Shown here piece by piece: positions 11,762 through 23,831 of a stretch of DNA of 32,000 nucleotides (positions are counted from its first letter, which is position 1; each line of letters starts with the position of its first letter). The notes beneath the pieces were generated by a model, which saw nothing but the letters and a program-made list of their open reading frames with translations, did no database searches and had not been told where the DNA came from. This DNA is from Xylella taiwanensis. GTDB lineage: Bacteria > Pseudomonadota > Gammaproteobacteria > Xanthomonadales > Xanthomonadaceae. The translations under genes and the position numbers were made by a program. The DNA is taken from assembly GCF_013177435.1 (NCBI RefSeq), contig NZ_CP053627.1:2460001-2492000 (forward strand), read 5' to 3'.

Positions 11762-11882
11762 CTATCGGACATCAATGAAGAGAATGAAGACAGCAAGACT
11801 AAATTGGCAGGTTCTCATCTGGGCAAGCGCCTAGTTCGCAACACGAGAACACATCCACTTTCGTAGAAAAACCCAATGAAAC

Positions 11883-11959
11883 TGGCAGGGGCGGTAGGAT
11901 TCGAACCTACGAATGCCGGGATCAAAACCCGGTGCCTTAGACCTCTTGGCTACGCCCCT
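11883..11959 (-). tRNA. tRNA-Gln (anticodon TTG)
   Basis: The reverse complement is AGGGGCGTAGCCAAGAGGTCTAAGGCACCGGGTTTTGATCCCGGCATTCGTAGGTTCGAATCCTACCGCCCCTGCCA. The acceptor stem is AGGGGCG/CGCCCCT. The anticodon stem is CCGGG/CCCGG with loop TTTTGAT. Confidence 0.92.
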
Positions 11960-11962
11960 GCA

Positions 11963-12841
11963 TCAACATTCCATTGTCTCCAGTACATCGAGCAGTGGGG
12001 AACGGGAAGCGCCGCCAGCTACCCAAGCACACAACCCGTATGGCAACCGCTCCAAAGCACATTCAGCTTCATCACGTGTGCTGAATTCGACGAAGCAACC
12101 GCTGCCAGAACCGGTCACCCTTGCCAAACCAACTTCGGACAGAACATCGAGAGCAGCCGCAACAGCCGGCTCACGCCGCCTTAAGACCGGCTCGAACGCG
12201 TTACCAAACAAAGTACCAGAAACGAAGTCTCCTATTGTCGCGGGCGACGCATCACGCGTCAAATGCGGATCAAGAAACAACTCCTGTGTCGGCATATACA
12301 CACCCGGATCGAATAGTAGGTAGGCTGCTCCAGGCAACACCATAGGTGTTAAACACTCGCCCACACCCTCACCCCAAGCATTGCAACCATGTACAAACAC
12401 CGGCACATCGGCCCCCAAACGTAACCCCAAGGCCGCCAAAGCCGCAACGTCGAGCCCGGTCTGCCACAGTGCATTCAACGCAAGAAGTACAGTCGCCGCA
12501 TCAGACGACCCACCTCCAAAGCCGCCACATACTGGAATACGCTTCTCAACAAAGATATCCGCGCCAAAATGAACATTAGTCGCATTCCGTAGCAGATAAG
12601 CCGCACGCACCATCAGGTCGTCGGCCTCAACAACCCCAATCACTGACACACCAATGCGATGAATCCGGCCATCCTCACGCACCCGCAGGTGGATGGTATC
12701 GCCCCAGTCGAGCAGACGGAAAACGGTCTGCAATTCATGGTAACCATCAGCACGCCGCCCGGTTATTTGCAAGAATAAATTCAGCTTGGCAGGTGCCGGC
12801 CACGCCGACCAACCCACACCGTCATCAATGACAGGTCTCAC
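11963..12841 (-). CDS. ispE: 4-diphosphocytidyl-2-C-methyl-D-erythritol kinase
   Basis: 292 aa. It contains ...[28 protein letters not shown]...[17 protein letters not shown]..., the GHMP kinase motif. Synteny is lolB-ispE-prs. Confidence 0.96.
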   Translation of the reverse strand: MRPVIDDGVGWSAWPAPAKLNLFLQITGRRADGYHELQTVFRLLDWGDTIHLRVREDGRIHRIGVSVIGVVEADDLMVRAAYLLRNATNVHFGADIFVEKRIPVCGGFGGGSSDAATVLLALNALWQTGLDVAALAALGLRLGADVPVFVHGCNAWGEGVGECLTPMVLPGAAYLLFDPGVYMPTQELFLDPHLTRDASPATIGDFVSGTLFGNAFEPVLRRREPAVAAALDVLSEVGLARVTGSGSGCFVEFSTRDEAECALERLPYGLCAWVAGGASRSPLLDVLETMEC

Positions 12842-13488
12842 GGGATCAAGTCATCCCATTGATCAACAATCAGACGCATCCTAGCCGAGCCGCTACTAGC
12901 CTCGATTCGCCGTGGTAACACCGGACGCCCCTCGGAAGACGGGAACCAATCTAGAAATTTCAACTGCCACCCTCCCTGATACACACGGTAAGGACGCCCC
13001 TCAGCGTCCAACTGCACATCCCCCCCCCCACTATCACGACCTCGCACCCAATCAGGCAACAACCCCATCGGGATTTGCCATCCAGTCGCCTCGAACAACA
13101 TTTGCTCGGCAGCTTCACCAACACGGATCTCACCTCCCTCCCCCTCAAGACGTGCGGGACCGTTAACACTTCCATTCAGCACCAAACTCTGACGGCTCAC
13201 TGGGACACTTAACACGATCCGGTAACTGCCACCATGTTGCTGCCACTCCACTTGGACACTACCACCATGACGGCCCTGACTGATCCCCGCACGTCCCCGG
13301 AAACGCCAGTTTGGATGATTCTGTAACCAAATTTGGCGAGCTTGCTCAGCCTGCTGCGCAGCGGTATCCACCATGACCGGCACCGCCAGACGTCGACCAC
13401 CAGTGCTACTACACCCCGGCAATAGTAAAGAGACCACCAACAGAAGCACACGGATACTTCTCGTCACATCCTGCAAACACAGCTTCAT
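12838..13488 (-). CDS. lolB: outer-membrane lipoprotein LolB
   Basis: 216 aa. It has a signal peptide with lipobox LLLPGC. There are 4-nt ATGA-type overlaps with the genes on both sides. It sits upstream of ispE as in other gamma-proteobacteria. Confidence 0.85.
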   Translation of the reverse strand: MKLCLQDVTRSIRVLLLVVSLLLPGCSSTGGRRLAVPVMVDTAAQQAEQARQIWLQNHPNWRFRGRAGISQGRHGGSVQVEWQQHGGSYRIVLSVPVSRQSLVLNGSVNGPARLEGEGGEIRVGEAAEQMLFEATGWQIPMGLLPDWVRGRDSGGGDVQLDAEGRPYRVYQGGWQLKFLDWFPSSEGRPVLPRRIEASSGSARMRLIVDQWDDLIP

Positions 13489-15164
13489 AAACCAAACTTT
13501 TCCAGTACATGATGCAACGCCAGATTGTCCGGATCTAACTTGCGCGCCTCCTCAAAGTAGTACCGCGCCTCCTCACGCTGACCATCCACCCACAGCACCT
13601 CACCAACATGCACAGCAATCTCTGGTTCATTGGCCAACGACCAAGCACGCTTGAGTTCAGCCAGCGCTTCCTTAAGTCGTCCCAACCGATACATGACCCA
13701 ACCATAACTATCGATGATCGCCGGATTATCAGGCTCAACCATGCGGGCGCGGTCGATCAATGCCAGCGCTTCCTTGTAGCGGGTCGTATGATTGGCCAAG
13801 GTATAACCAAGCGCATTCAACGCGACTACATTACCTGGGTCGGCAACCAGCAACTTACGCAAGTCAACCTCAGCCCGAACGATGTCATTACGACGCTCCC
13901 AAGCCAAGGCACGCATATAAAGAAGTTCACTATCATTGGGAAATTCATCCAGTCCACGCGCAAAAGCGTTCAACTCACCTTCAGAATCACTTAAACGCTG
14001 TTTTAACTCAGCTTCAAGAAGATAAGCATCACGACGCTGCTCATCCTCGATCGCAGCATCCGCTTGCAAACGATGAACCTCCTGGAACGCCTCATCATAG
14101 CGCTTGAGCTCAAATAGCACGCTGACCGCACGCAAGGCCGCCTCGCCACGCAGATCTCCATCCAGCACCCCGTGATACCAAGAAAGAGCATCGTTGTAGC
14201 GTGTCAGAAACTCAGCAATCTTACCCAATAAAAGACGCTTCTCTGGCTCAGAAGTCCTGCCCCTGTTGCTAAGCTCCTCATACAGCGCAAGCAACGCCTG
14301 CTTGTCCTGCTGACGAGCCAACAACGAAGCACGCAACCCATAGGTCTGAACATCCTGCGGCCCAGTGGCAAGCACACGTGCAGCAGCCTTACTCTCACCC
14401 ATGCCGTCATAGGTCAACGCCAATGCTCCACGCAGATCCACGTCAGCCACCGCCGCCCGCTCAACACCCTTAAGCTTGGAGAGAGCCTGCTTATGCTTGC
14501 CTGCCTGCTGCAGCTGAGCAGCCTGCAACAACACCACACGTGGCTCCTTAGGAAAGCGCACCATCAGCTGATTGATGATCTGTTTCACCAATACCGGTTG
14601 TTCCAAACGCAACGCCAAACGACCGAACTCTTGCCAGATCTCAATCCTATTAGGGATATCACCACGGCGAACTAAGTCTTCCAGCAATCTCGCCGACAGC
14701 AGCGGATCACGACCACCATTGCTCAGTGCAATTAACGCATAACGCCAACCACGAGGATCAGCATCACGCAGCAACCCACTAAGACCATGCCGCGCCGCAT
14801 TCGCCTGCTGGCGGCGCATAGCGAGTGATACTTCGACCGCACGCATTGACAGCGACTTAGGCGCGCGGACACGCCAGATCGCTACAGCGCGCTCCGCACC
14901 AGCATCATCGCCCGCCAACATCGCGATGCGAGCGGCACGCTCAACCAGACCAACACTATTAGGTTGACTACGGGCAGCCTGCAAATACCACCGCGCCGCA
15001 TCGCTCAATTGTCCAGATTGCAATGCAAACTCGGCCACTAAAGCTGGCTCCAACCAAGGACTCCCCTGAGTCGCCGGATCGCCAAAAGTGGCGCGGGCAG
15101 CAACTCCTGGAAACGCCACAAAAAACAACAATGAAACAGTAAGGATGTGAATCGGCACGAGCAT
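13485..15164 (-). CDS. secreted tetratricopeptide-repeat (TPR) protein
   Basis: The ORF is open to 15263 (TTG). The ATG at 15164 gives MLVPIHILTVSLLFFVAFPGVAARA, which looks like a signal peptide. The body is rich in A/L/R with repeated W/Y..A......A-type TPR periodicity (for example ALNALGYTLANHTTRYKEALALIDRA, DSYGWVMYRLGRLKEALAELKRA). Confidence 0.8.
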   Translation of the reverse strand: MLVPIHILTVSLLFFVAFPGVAARATFGDPATQGSPWLEPALVAEFALQSGQLSDAARWYLQAARSQPNSVGLVERAARIAMLAGDDAGAERAVAIWRVRAPKSLSMRAVEVSLAMRRQQANAARHGLSGLLRDADPRGWRYALIALSNGGRDPLLSARLLEDLVRRGDIPNRIEIWQEFGRLALRLEQPVLVKQIINQLMVRFPKEPRVVLLQAAQLQQAGKHKQALSKLKGVERAAVADVDLRGALALTYDGMGESKAAARVLATGPQDVQTYGLRASLLARQQDKQALLALYEELSNRGRTSEPEKRLLLGKIAEFLTRYNDALSWYHGVLDGDLRGEAALRAVSVLFELKRYDEAFQEVHRLQADAAIEDEQRRDAYLLEAELKQRLSDSEGELNAFARGLDEFPNDSELLYMRALAWERRNDIVRAEVDLRKLLVADPGNVVALNALGYTLANHTTRYKEALALIDRARMVEPDNPAIIDSYGWVMYRLGRLKEALAELKRAWSLANEPEIAVHVGEVLWVDGQREEARYYFEEARKLDPDNLALHHVLEKFGL

Positions 15165-15227
15165 CGGGAACGACCGGACCGTAAAATGGAGGGCATGAAT
15201 AACCAGCAGCTTATAGCAAGCAACTGA

Positions 15228-16529
15228 ATGATGACGTTGTGGGTGCTCGGACTGAACCACCAAACTGCGCCAATGGAGCTACGCGAGCGTGCCTCTTTCG
15301 TTGGCGACGCCTTGCCTCGCGCACTCGATTCACTGCACAAACTCCCCAACGTGAACGAAGCCGCACTGCTATCCACCTGCAACCGTACTGAATTGTACGC
15401 CGAGACTAGAAACGCAGAAACGCTGGTGAACTGGCTCGAACAACAACGCCCAGGATTACAGAGCTATTTGTATCAACATCGCGACGCCGCCGCAGTAAGA
15501 CACCTATTCAGAGTCGCCACCGGCCTAGATTCAATGGTATTGGGAGAATCGCAAATTCTCGGCCAAGTAAAATATGCCTGGTCCACGGCACGTACCCACG
15601 GCACACTCGGCAACCAACTTGACCGGCTGTTCCAACACACATTTTCAGTAGCCAAACACGCACGCACCAATACCCGGATTGGCGCCAATCCAGTCTCAGT
15701 GGCCTCGACCGCCGTGCGGCTAGCACAAGACGCCTTCTCCCCGCTGAACGAATCGACCGTGTTGCTGATCGGCACCGGCGAGACCATCCAACTGGCAGCC
15801 AAACACCTGAGCGAAGGCCGCGTACAGCGCCTGTTGATTGCTAACCGCACCCACGCCAAGGCTCAGATGCTGGCCAGCCAGCACGGTGGCTACGCACTAC
15901 CGCTGACCGAACTGAACCGCCACCTGGCTGAAGCCGACATCGTATTCTCAGCCACCGCTGCTCCTGTCCCAGTAGTCACCCGATCCCACGTCGAAAGCGC
16001 ACTACACACACGAAAACGAAAACCCATGCTGCTGTTTGACCTGGCAGTACCACGCGATATCGAGACCGAGGTAGGAACACTCACCGATGCCTATCTGTAC
16101 ACCATCGACGACCTGCAACGCGCCGTGGAAGAAAACCGGCGCAGCCGGCGCGAAGCGGCTGAAACCGCCGAGGCGATCATTGAATTACAAGTGAAACGCT
16201 ACATGGATGCATTACAAGCCCATGCACACCAAGCCCCGCTACGGCGCCTCCGCACATTCGGCGCAGCGACCCGGGACGAACTGCTGACACGGGCACGGCA
16301 ACAACTGGCAAACGGACGTCCCGCGGAAGAAGTGCTGGAACAACTTGCCCACAGCCTGACCAACCGTCTGTTGCACCCGCCTACTGCCGCACTGCGCGAA
16401 GCCGCACTCGCCAACGACATTGAGCTGGTCCGTGCGGCGGAATACCTCTTTCCAGAGAAGCCAAGCTACCAGCACCCCACTCTCCAGACCACCATTGTGA
16501 AAACCGATGAAACCGACCCTGCGTCGTAA
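15228..16529 (+). CDS. hemA: glutamyl-tRNA reductase
   Basis: 433 aa. It starts [20 protein letters not shown] and contains ...STCNRTELY...[10 protein letters not shown]...[16 protein letters not shown]... The start could be the second ATG at 15231. Confidence 0.97.
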   Translation: MMTLWVLGLNHQTAPMELRERASFVGDALPRALDSLHKLPNVNEAALLSTCNRTELYAETRNAETLVNWLEQQRPGLQSYLYQHRDAAAVRHLFRVATGLDSMVLGESQILGQVKYAWSTARTHGTLGNQLDRLFQHTFSVAKHARTNTRIGANPVSVASTAVRLAQDAFSPLNESTVLLIGTGETIQLAAKHLSEGRVQRLLIANRTHAKAQMLASQHGGYALPLTELNRHLAEADIVFSATAAPVPVVTRSHVESALHTRKRKPMLLFDLAVPRDIETEVGTLTDAYLYTIDDLQRAVEENRRSRREAAETAEAIIELQVKRYMDALQAHAHQAPLRRLRTFGAATRDELLTRARQQLANGRPAEEVLEQLAHSLTNRLLHPPTAALREAALANDIELVRAAEYLFPEKPSYQHPTLQTTIVKTDETDPAS

Positions 16530-17592
16530 GCTGGAAGCACTCGCTGAGCGCCACGAAGAACTCGAACGCTTGCTATCCGATCCTAAGATCGTCTCTGACA
16601 CCGACAGATTCCGTGCATACTCCCGCGAATTCGCCCACCTCGGACCGATTGCTGCCGCACTGGCCGAAGAAACCCGTACCAAAGCAGATCTGGCCGCGGC
16701 TGAGACGCTACGCACCGAACCGGACATGCGCGAACTCGCTGAGGAGGAAGTCACCGTAGCGCAAGCACTCCTGTCCGCCCTAGACAAACGACTCCAACTG
16801 CTCCTTATCCCTCAAGACCCACGAGACGAATGCAACCTGTTTCTGGAGGTACGCGCCGGTACTGGTGGCGACGAGGCCGCAATCTTTGCTGGCAACCTGT
16901 TCCGGATGTACGCCCGCTACGCCGAACGGCAGCGCTGGAAAGTCGAAGTGGAATCAGACACTCCTGGCGAACATGGCGGCTACAAAGAGATCGTAGCGCG
17001 CATCGTCGGCCGCGGCGCCTATTCTCGACTTAAATTCGAATCCGGTACGCACCGCGTGCAACGCGTGCCCGCCACCGAATCCCAAGGCCGCATCCATACT
17101 TCAGCAGCCACCGTGGCGATTATTCCAGAAGCCGACGAGATCGAAGACATCTCGATCAATCCCTCTGACCTGAAGATCGACACATTCCGCTCCTCCGGTG
17201 CCGGCGGCCAACACGTCAACAAGACCGAATCGGCCATCCGCATCACACACATCCCAACAGGCGTCGTCGTCGAGTCCCAAACCGAACGCAGCCAACACGC
17301 CAACCGCGACAAAGCAATGAAACGGCTCAAAGCACAACTGATCGAAAGCGAACGCAGCAAGCAGACCGCAGCCCAAGCAATGACACGCAAACTTCAGGTC
17401 GGCAGCGGCGATCGCAGTCAGCGCATCCGTACCTACAATTTCCCTCAAGGCCGGATCACTGACCACCGCGTCGAAAGCCTGACACTTTACGACCTTCCCA
17501 ACATCATCGAAGGTGACCTGGATGCCCTGATCGACCGGCTACTGCAAGAACACCAAGCCGAAGAACTCGCACAACTGAGTAACGCCCCATAG
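16507..17592 (+). CDS. prfA: peptide chain release factor 1
   Basis: 361 aa. It contains the PAT-type tripeptide region [14 protein letters not shown] and the GGQ motif [24 protein letters not shown]. It overlaps the hemA 3' end by 23 nt. Confidence 0.98.
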   Translation: MKPTLRRKLEALAERHEELERLLSDPKIVSDTDRFRAYSREFAHLGPIAAALAEETRTKADLAAAETLRTEPDMRELAEEEVTVAQALLSALDKRLQLLLIPQDPRDECNLFLEVRAGTGGDEAAIFAGNLFRMYARYAERQRWKVEVESDTPGEHGGYKEIVARIVGRGAYSRLKFESGTHRVQRVPATESQGRIHTSAATVAIIPEADEIEDISINPSDLKIDTFRSSGAGGQHVNKTESAIRITHIPTGVVVESQTERSQHANRDKAMKRLKAQLIESERSKQTAAQAMTRKLQVGSGDRSQRIRTYNFPQGRITDHRVESLTLYDLPNIIEGDLDALIDRLLQEHQAEELAQLSNAP

Positions 17593-20263
17593 CCTCACCC
17601 GCCTGGAACCTCATTCCTCCCGTAGACATCGGCAAAGACACTGCAATCCCGCCCATCGACGAGCACCCGAGCACGCCACCCATACTGGATTCCTGCTGCT
17701 CTCCAAGCACCGTCGCCACACCTCCACACAGGCACTTTCAACGGTGACATCGCATCCCTGCCAACCGCCGCTTCGAACCACAATAAATCGAAAACAACAT
17801 CCTGCTGTGCATTAACGCAGCACTCCAGAACAGATCACAGAGACACCGTTAACCAGCATCCTGCCTTCGGTGAATTCGTACAGCGCCCAACCACCACTTC
17901 ATCAGGACAGCCTCTCCCAATCTGGAAACACCTGTGATAGCGATGACCTAGCTAGCCTCGATCTGAAGATTAAGCAAGCACATCAGCTGAAGCACCCCTG
18001 TCGATAGAGCACACATTCACGTGACGCAATACGATGCCACCCACTCATCTCCGGTCGCAGCCCCCAGCACCACAGCAACCGCCACTTCCAGCGAATGTCA
18101 CCACGATATCGGCAACACGCACACCAGACAGGGACCGCCTGCGCACCTTAAACAGCGTTGCCTAACAGCACCACCATGCACTGACTGAACCGAAGCATGC
18201 CGCTCAAGCCAGCAAGACAAACAAACCAGCCAAATCACGATTGACCATGCGACATTCAACATCAAGCATTGACCGTTGACGCGTCATCAACAGCCGAACA
18301 AGACAGAAACCGGCGTTGTACTAATGAGCCAACCTACTGAACCCACAGTTGCATAAGCAAATGGCTCTGCATCTGCATACCACGCCATGCACTGATTCGA
18401 TGAAGTGCTTTTGCTGGAAGCGAATTAACGGCACTGCCGGGTGTTCTCACTCATCTGTTAACCAATACCGGCTCAGCTGTGCCGCAATCAGTGCGCATCG
18501 AATCTGGCACACCCCTCGATGTTTCCAGCGCAACAGCCGCAATGATGCACTCGCCATATACACGGCGGCTATCACGATGGACGCCCGCTAGGTGCTGTGA
18601 CATGCCCAGCACATTGAGGTAACACGTGTGCATCGCAACGCCAAAGACATCACGCACACTTTCCAAACCAGCGTCCGTCTTGATAAGCGTCTGCTCAGCA
18701 CAACCGACCTGCTGCTGTTGCAGACACGCCTGACCTTAAGCAACCGACGACCACTTCTGACAGACGACATGACTCGCAGAGACTTGCCAACCATCACGCC
18801 TTGCGTTGTTGACGTTGGCGATCAACACCCTGCTGCAAGCACTGCATTCACAAGCCAGCAACGCTGCAACCGACACTTTTCAGGCGTACAACCGTCACAC
18901 CTGCCCACGCCACTCCACACCTACACTTGAGAATCGATCAGTACCTCGCTCATTCCAAGTCCCGCAGCAGCAGCACTTTTATCTTTTCGGAAGACGCATG
19001 GCTCGCCTTCAATTAAACATTGTCTTGCATCCTTACATCTAATGGTCATCTGTGGTTGTTCCCGCATGGAATGAAGCCGCTCCCCAATTGACGGGAGTGT
19101 GACCCACCCACCGACAATCAAAGGCAACTGACGCATGAGAATTAAGAAATTAAATAGTCATCTCATATCGAAAGATGACCCAAGATCCTTTAATCAACAT
19201 TCTCTTGCTGTGTCTCCAGACTGCATCGCCTGCATGGACGTGCCACTATTGATGGCGACCAATGACTGCATCGCACCATCACCGCCGCTGTGAAGCTGCG
19301 CTGCTGTTGAAGCGACAGTTCTTGAACACATTGGCAATACCCACGTGACAGCGCTCCACATTCCACTTCATTTCACGCGGTCCTTGACTGAGTCAGGTAG
19401 TGAGCACTCTCCAAACACTGGCACAGCCACTAGAACACCAGCCCACCGATGCACTGACACTGCTAATTAACGGAAAAACCTGCGATGCATTCCTGTCCGC
19501 TACGGGTGAACAACACGCGCCTATCGACTGAGTCACACTCGCACAATGCACTGAAATAAGATCCACGCACCGCCCCTTGACTCCTGACAGCCATACACAC
19601 GCAGCCTAATTTCAAGCATCAAGTGCACCCCCCAGTCACACTATCGCAAGCGTCCCGGCTAGGGCATCCCCGCACATTTCCCACCCCAGCGTCCTACCCA
19701 CACGTCCTTTGAGCAAGCCGGCCATGTCATTACATATCGTCCTGATGTGCCAGTCACACGCCCCGTAGAACAGCACTGACGCCACAAGCCACCAGTGCGA
19801 TGGTTGCGACCGCATCGCCATAACACTTGCAGGCCGCAACACCAGATATCCGGGTTGAGCAAGCACCTTCTTTTGATTCGTCCTCATCTTATAAAGGGAC
19901 GACACCCATGCCCATCTGAAGCCATTACGTCCTCCATCTACATCGGGAGACACGTTCCTTCTCCATCGCATCCAGCATTGCACCGGATGCAAAACTGTGC
20001 AGCACCAGGAACGTCACAAACACATCAAGAACCAAAATAAATACCGTGAACCTTGCCTGAGATCATTCAGCAGTGACGCCATCCCCACGCGACATTGACG
20101 CTGGGCTGCATGTCGCCACATCCAACACACCCACCATCACAACAAGTCGCCGCGTTCATTCACGTACATTGTCGGCAAGTCAACATGCACTCGCGGTGTA
20201 GCGCGACGCTATCGATGATCTGCCGCGACTCACGTCACATCATCCTTATCTGGAGACACCGCT
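17593..20263. other. 2.7 kb ORF-poor, strongly strand-skewed (C+A-rich on plus) non-coding or long-decayed DNA
   Basis: The longest ORF in any frame is 118 aa. A hand count of 18121-18260 gives A48 C49 G26 T17. I recognised no protein motif. Confidence 0.6.
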
Positions 20264-22438
20264 CTACCGCCATAACCGCCACGTGCGATGGATCCTCGTA
20301 TTGCGTGCAAAGTCCAGATCAATCGTCGCCGGACTGATCTCCTCACAGTACGCGAACGCGATAACCGCCGCTGTGTCCAAACGGAAACGGCGAAAATTGT
20401 TGGAAAAGTACAGCACCCCACCAGGTGTCAACCGCGCAACAGCTGCCCGTAGCAAACGTACATGATCGCGTTGCACGTCAAAATCGTCAGCACGCGCCGA
20501 ATTGGAGAACGTCGGCGGATCACAGAAGATGACATCGTATTGGCCACGCTCAGCCTCCAGCCAAACCAACGCATCAGCCTGCACCAAACGGTGACGCCCC
20601 CCGCCTTGCCCATTCAACGCAAAATTGTCAGTACACCAATGTAAATACGTGGATGACAAATCAACACTCGTCGTCGCCACAGCACCAGCCACTGCTGCTT
20701 CAACACTCGCCACACCGGTGTAACAGAATACGTTGAGAAAGCGCTTACCCACCGCTTCGCGCGCCATGCGCGCGCGCAATGGGCGATGATCAAGAAACAC
20801 TCCCGTGTCGAGGTAATCAAACAGATTCACGCGCAACAAAGCACCGTGCTCGCATACGTGAAAAAATTCACCACGCTGCGCAAAGCAACCATACTGACTA
20901 CCACCCTTACCACGCTGCCGGGTTTTTAAAGCCACCTGGGCCGTAGGCACGTCAAACACAGTGCGCACCGCAGTAAGCAACTCGTTGCGGCGACGACGTA
21001 CATCCACCTCGGGAATCGACGCCGGCGCGGCATACTCCTGCACATGGAGGAATAACCGCCGCGCACCATCCGCCTCCTGGTAAACATCAATCGCTGCCGC
21101 GTATTCAGGCAAGTCAGCATCGTAAACGCGGTAGCAGTCCACACCCGCCCGCGTACGCCACTTCTGCAACCGCTGCACATTCTTGCGCAGGCGGTTGGCG
21201 ACCATCTGCGCGCCCTCGCTCAGCGGCCGCGCTGCAACATCCTCACGTGGCGGCGGCGCCACCGGATCGCAGCGAATCAGCACACATTCCAAGGCACCGT
21301 TGAAGAACTGATACGTCTTGCCAGCCCGCAACCCGGTAGCAAACGCCAGCGTGGTATTGCCACACAGCAACGCTGCGCGCCACGTCGGCACCGTACGCCG
21401 CAACGCTTCGCCCAGATGCCGGTAAAGCACCGGATCGGCCACCAAACGCACATCATACGGAGGATTACACACCACCACGCCGCGGGGCTGGGACACTGCC
21501 GGCAATGCATCGATACTGGAAACGGCAAGTGCAATCGCGTCCTGAACACCCGCCGCGCGCGCGTTGGCAGACGCAGCGGCAATAGCCTGAGGATCAACAT
21601 CGCTGCCACGCAAGACCGGACGCAACACCGCCAAGCCCAGCTTGGCACGCTGCTGCGCATCCGCGACCAGCGCCGTCCACGCCGCAACGTCAAAACCACG
21701 CCAACGGCTCGGCATAAGCACCGGGCGCTCCGCCACCGGGACATTGGACATCACTCCAGGATCTGCATAACGGGACAAACCAGGCGCCACATCAGCCACC
21801 ATCAACGCCCCTTCAATCAAAAGCGTGCCACTGCCGCACATCGGATCAAGCAGGCCCCCACCTTCGGCATAGACCCTAGTCCAGCCGGCACGCAGCAGCA
21901 CTGCCGCCGCCAGAGGCTCCTTCAGGGACGCCGCATGCGGTGCCTGACGCCAGCCACGTTGATGTAACGCCCCCCCCCCAAGATCTACCGACAGCGTCGC
22001 GCGCCCCTTACGGAGCGACAAGTTCAGAAGCACATCCGGCTGCTGGACATCCACCGATGGCCGGACTACACCGGCAGCGCGTAACGTATCGACGACCGCA
22101 TCCTTGACGCGCTGCGCCGCATAACGGGCATGGGTGATCACATCTCCAGAAACGTGCGCATCTACCGCCAACGTCTGGCCCGGCACAAGATGCTCGACCC
22201 ACGGCAATGCCGCTGCACCGGCATACAAAGCGTCTTCATCCGGACACGCGAAGGTCGCCAACGGCCACAATACACGGCTCGCCAAACGCGACCACAGCAC
22301 CGCAAGCTGCGCATCGCACAACTCGCCTTCGACGTTGACACCAGCCACCGTAGCGGTGGCTCCAGTCACACCGAGCGCCAGCACTTCGTCGACCAACAGG
22401 TATTCCAGACCTTTAGCACAGGAAACGAAAAATCTCAC
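20264..22438 (-). CDS. rlmL: bifunctional 23S rRNA methyltransferase RlmKL (m2G2445/m7G2069)
   Basis: The ORF is open to 22513. The GTG at 22438 gives [18 protein letters not shown], which aligns with the RlmL N-terminus. It has THUMP-like and two SAM-methyltransferase regions (..[14 protein letters not shown].., ..CNPPYDVR.., ..LNVFCYTG.., ..[10 protein letters not shown]..). Confidence 0.92.
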   Translation of the reverse strand: MRFFVSCAKGLEYLLVDEVLALGVTGATATVAGVNVEGELCDAQLAVLWSRLASRVLWPLATFACPDEDALYAGAAALPWVEHLVPGQTLAVDAHVSGDVITHARYAAQRVKDAVVDTLRAAGVVRPSVDVQQPDVLLNLSLRKGRATLSVDLGGGALHQRGWRQAPHAASLKEPLAAAVLLRAGWTRVYAEGGGLLDPMCGSGTLLIEGALMVADVAPGLSRYADPGVMSNVPVAERPVLMPSRWRGFDVAAWTALVADAQQRAKLGLAVLRPVLRGSDVDPQAIAAASANARAAGVQDAIALAVSSIDALPAVSQPRGVVVCNPPYDVRLVADPVLYRHLGEALRRTVPTWRAALLCGNTTLAFATGLRAGKTYQFFNGALECVLIRCDPVAPPPREDVAARPLSEGAQMVANRLRKNVQRLQKWRTRAGVDCYRVYDADLPEYAAAIDVYQEADGARRLFLHVQEYAAPASIPEVDVRRRRNELLTAVRTVFDVPTAQVALKTRQRGKGGSQYGCFAQRGEFFHVCEHGALLRVNLFDYLDTGVFLDHRPLRARMAREAVGKRFLNVFCYTGVASVEAAVAGAVATTSVDLSSTYLHWCTDNFALNGQGGGRHRLVQADALVWLEAERGQYDVIFCDPPTFSNSARADDFDVQRDHVRLLRAAVARLTPGGVLYFSNNFRRFRLDTAAVIAFAYCEEISPATIDLDFARNTRIHRTWRLWR

Positions 22439-23303
22439 GTCATCAATCCGGACCGGAAACCAACACCCCACGCGTGCCGCGATGGGAAAAAACAGCAGCA
22501 GAAGCCGCCACACGGAGCGCCATGTTCAGCCATCACGCCACGCTTTACCAGCACCTCTGTCAGGACAACTTCAAACCCAGCATCAACACAGCAAGATCTA
22601 AACAAAAACAATCTATGGATGCAGCAAGCCCCGATACGTCGATCCGGCTACAAGTCAATATGTATTCACAACACGCCTCCCCAAGGATGGGACGCGTCTA
22701 CACTGACACCCTGCATTCCGTCGCAATACAGCCCCTGACACACGTCACACACATTAAAATCAACGCCATTCAAGATGGCACCGCTTCATCTATAGCAACC
22801 TTGAGCAGGGCCAAGCCAAGTGCATCACGTTGGGTAACAGATCGCACCCCCTCTGCGACCCAACGCCTCTCAACAACTTCAGTCCACACATACTGGACAG
22901 TCACACACGTTCACCCGCAAACACAAGACACGTGCCCGACAGCGACCAACAATGCACTGCACAACCATCAGAGTGCCTTAGATGCACATCCCAAAACGGT
23001 CGTCACGCTGCACACCACCCAACACGACATCACCCACTGCGCCCGGCGAACACAACCATTGCAACGCTATGCAGCTCCATCGCTGTACCACGGGTGGATC
23101 TAAGCCCCCACTTTCAGAAAGTACAAGGATCCCAATCGCGCAACCACGTCAATACCCCGTCGGCGCGCAACACAGCACCACGTGCGCACCTGCCATAGCA
23201 ACGGCGCCACACATTGAAAACAGAAAACCAATATCACCATCACGTTAAAAATATAGAAATAGACGCGCCACAGTTGCACACCGTCTGTCCCTGGTAGCTC
23301 CCT

Positions 23304-23831
23304 TTAAAGCGTCGCAAGCAACGCCGCAAACGCCTGCGCCGCCGCATCAACGTGATGCGCCAAACGATGCGTATCGTCTACCAACAACAGCCGGGCTGCA
23401 CGCGCCTGTGCCCAAGCGATCACCTCCACAGCAGGAATCAGTTCATCACGCCAAGCATGCACCATCGAGATCGGCACTGACGCAGCGTCCAGCACCGGCA
23501 TTTGATCGATACGTGTCGGTGGCACCATCAAAAACAGGCCGCGAACGGGCACCTGCAACGACACCCGCGCAGCCAGATAGGCGCCAAGACTGGATCCCGC
23601 CAACACCAGTGGGCCGCGCTCAACAGCGCGACGCGCCAGCGCAAGCAAACGTTCCAGACGCGCCGGCACGTCACCCAGCGGCCCCACCTCCCGCCGCGTG
23701 TCCAAGTCGGTGTAGTCAGGGCGCACGTGGCTCCAGCCCAAACGCTCAGCGACCTCCGCGAGTGCAGTGACTTTGTTCGCATCCGGACTGCTCTCAAAAC
23801 CATGCGAAAGAATGCAATGCCCGCGACTCAC
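23304..23831 (-). CDS. small alpha/beta-fold hydrolase (YqiA-like esterase)
   Basis: The ORF is open to 23936. A GTG at 23831 is preceded by GGAGGA and gives VSRGHCILSHGFESSP. The nucleophile elbow is GSSLG. The candidate acid and His residues are in ..HAWRDELIP.. and ..VDDTHRL.. Confidence 0.75.
   Translation of the reverse strand: MSRGHCILSHGFESSPDANKVTALAEVAERLGWSHVRPDYTDLDTRREVGPLGDVPARLERLLALARRAVERGPLVLAGSSLGAYLAARVSLQVPVRGLFLMVPPTRIDQMPVLDAASVPISMVHAWRDELIPAVEVIAWAQARAARLLLVDDTHRLAHHVDAAAQAFAALLATL

Noticed and set aside
15165-15263. 33-codon extension of the TPR protein overlapping the hemA start
   Set aside because: It has a TTG start and would overlap the divergent hemA start region. 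The internal ATG at 15164 yields a proper signal peptide.
16239-16787. 182-aa minus-strand ORF across the hemA/prfA junction
   Set aside because: It is antisense to two strongly supported genes. It is S/A/R-rich and has no motif.
17763-17780. NRRFEP peptide that resembles the GDLRFEP motif of PrmC/HemK, which follows prfA in many bacteria
   Set aside because: The match is only 4-5 residues. It lies just 180 nt after the prfA stop, whereas the motif should sit about 550 nt into prmC. There is no NPPY motif and no flanking similarity in any frame, so it is probably chance.
18349-20040. Short ORFs (60-118 aa) scattered in the 17.6-20.3 kb desert
   Set aside because: None has an RBS-plus-motif combination I could recognise. 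They overlap each other on both strands and have W/R/C/H-rich compositions.
22130-23103. Plus-strand ORFs of 155-209 aa running from inside rlmL into the downstream desert
   Set aside because: The first part is antisense to rlmL. The rest lies in C+A-rich DNA, where stop codons are rare by composition. The products are T/H/P/Q/S-rich with no domain signature.
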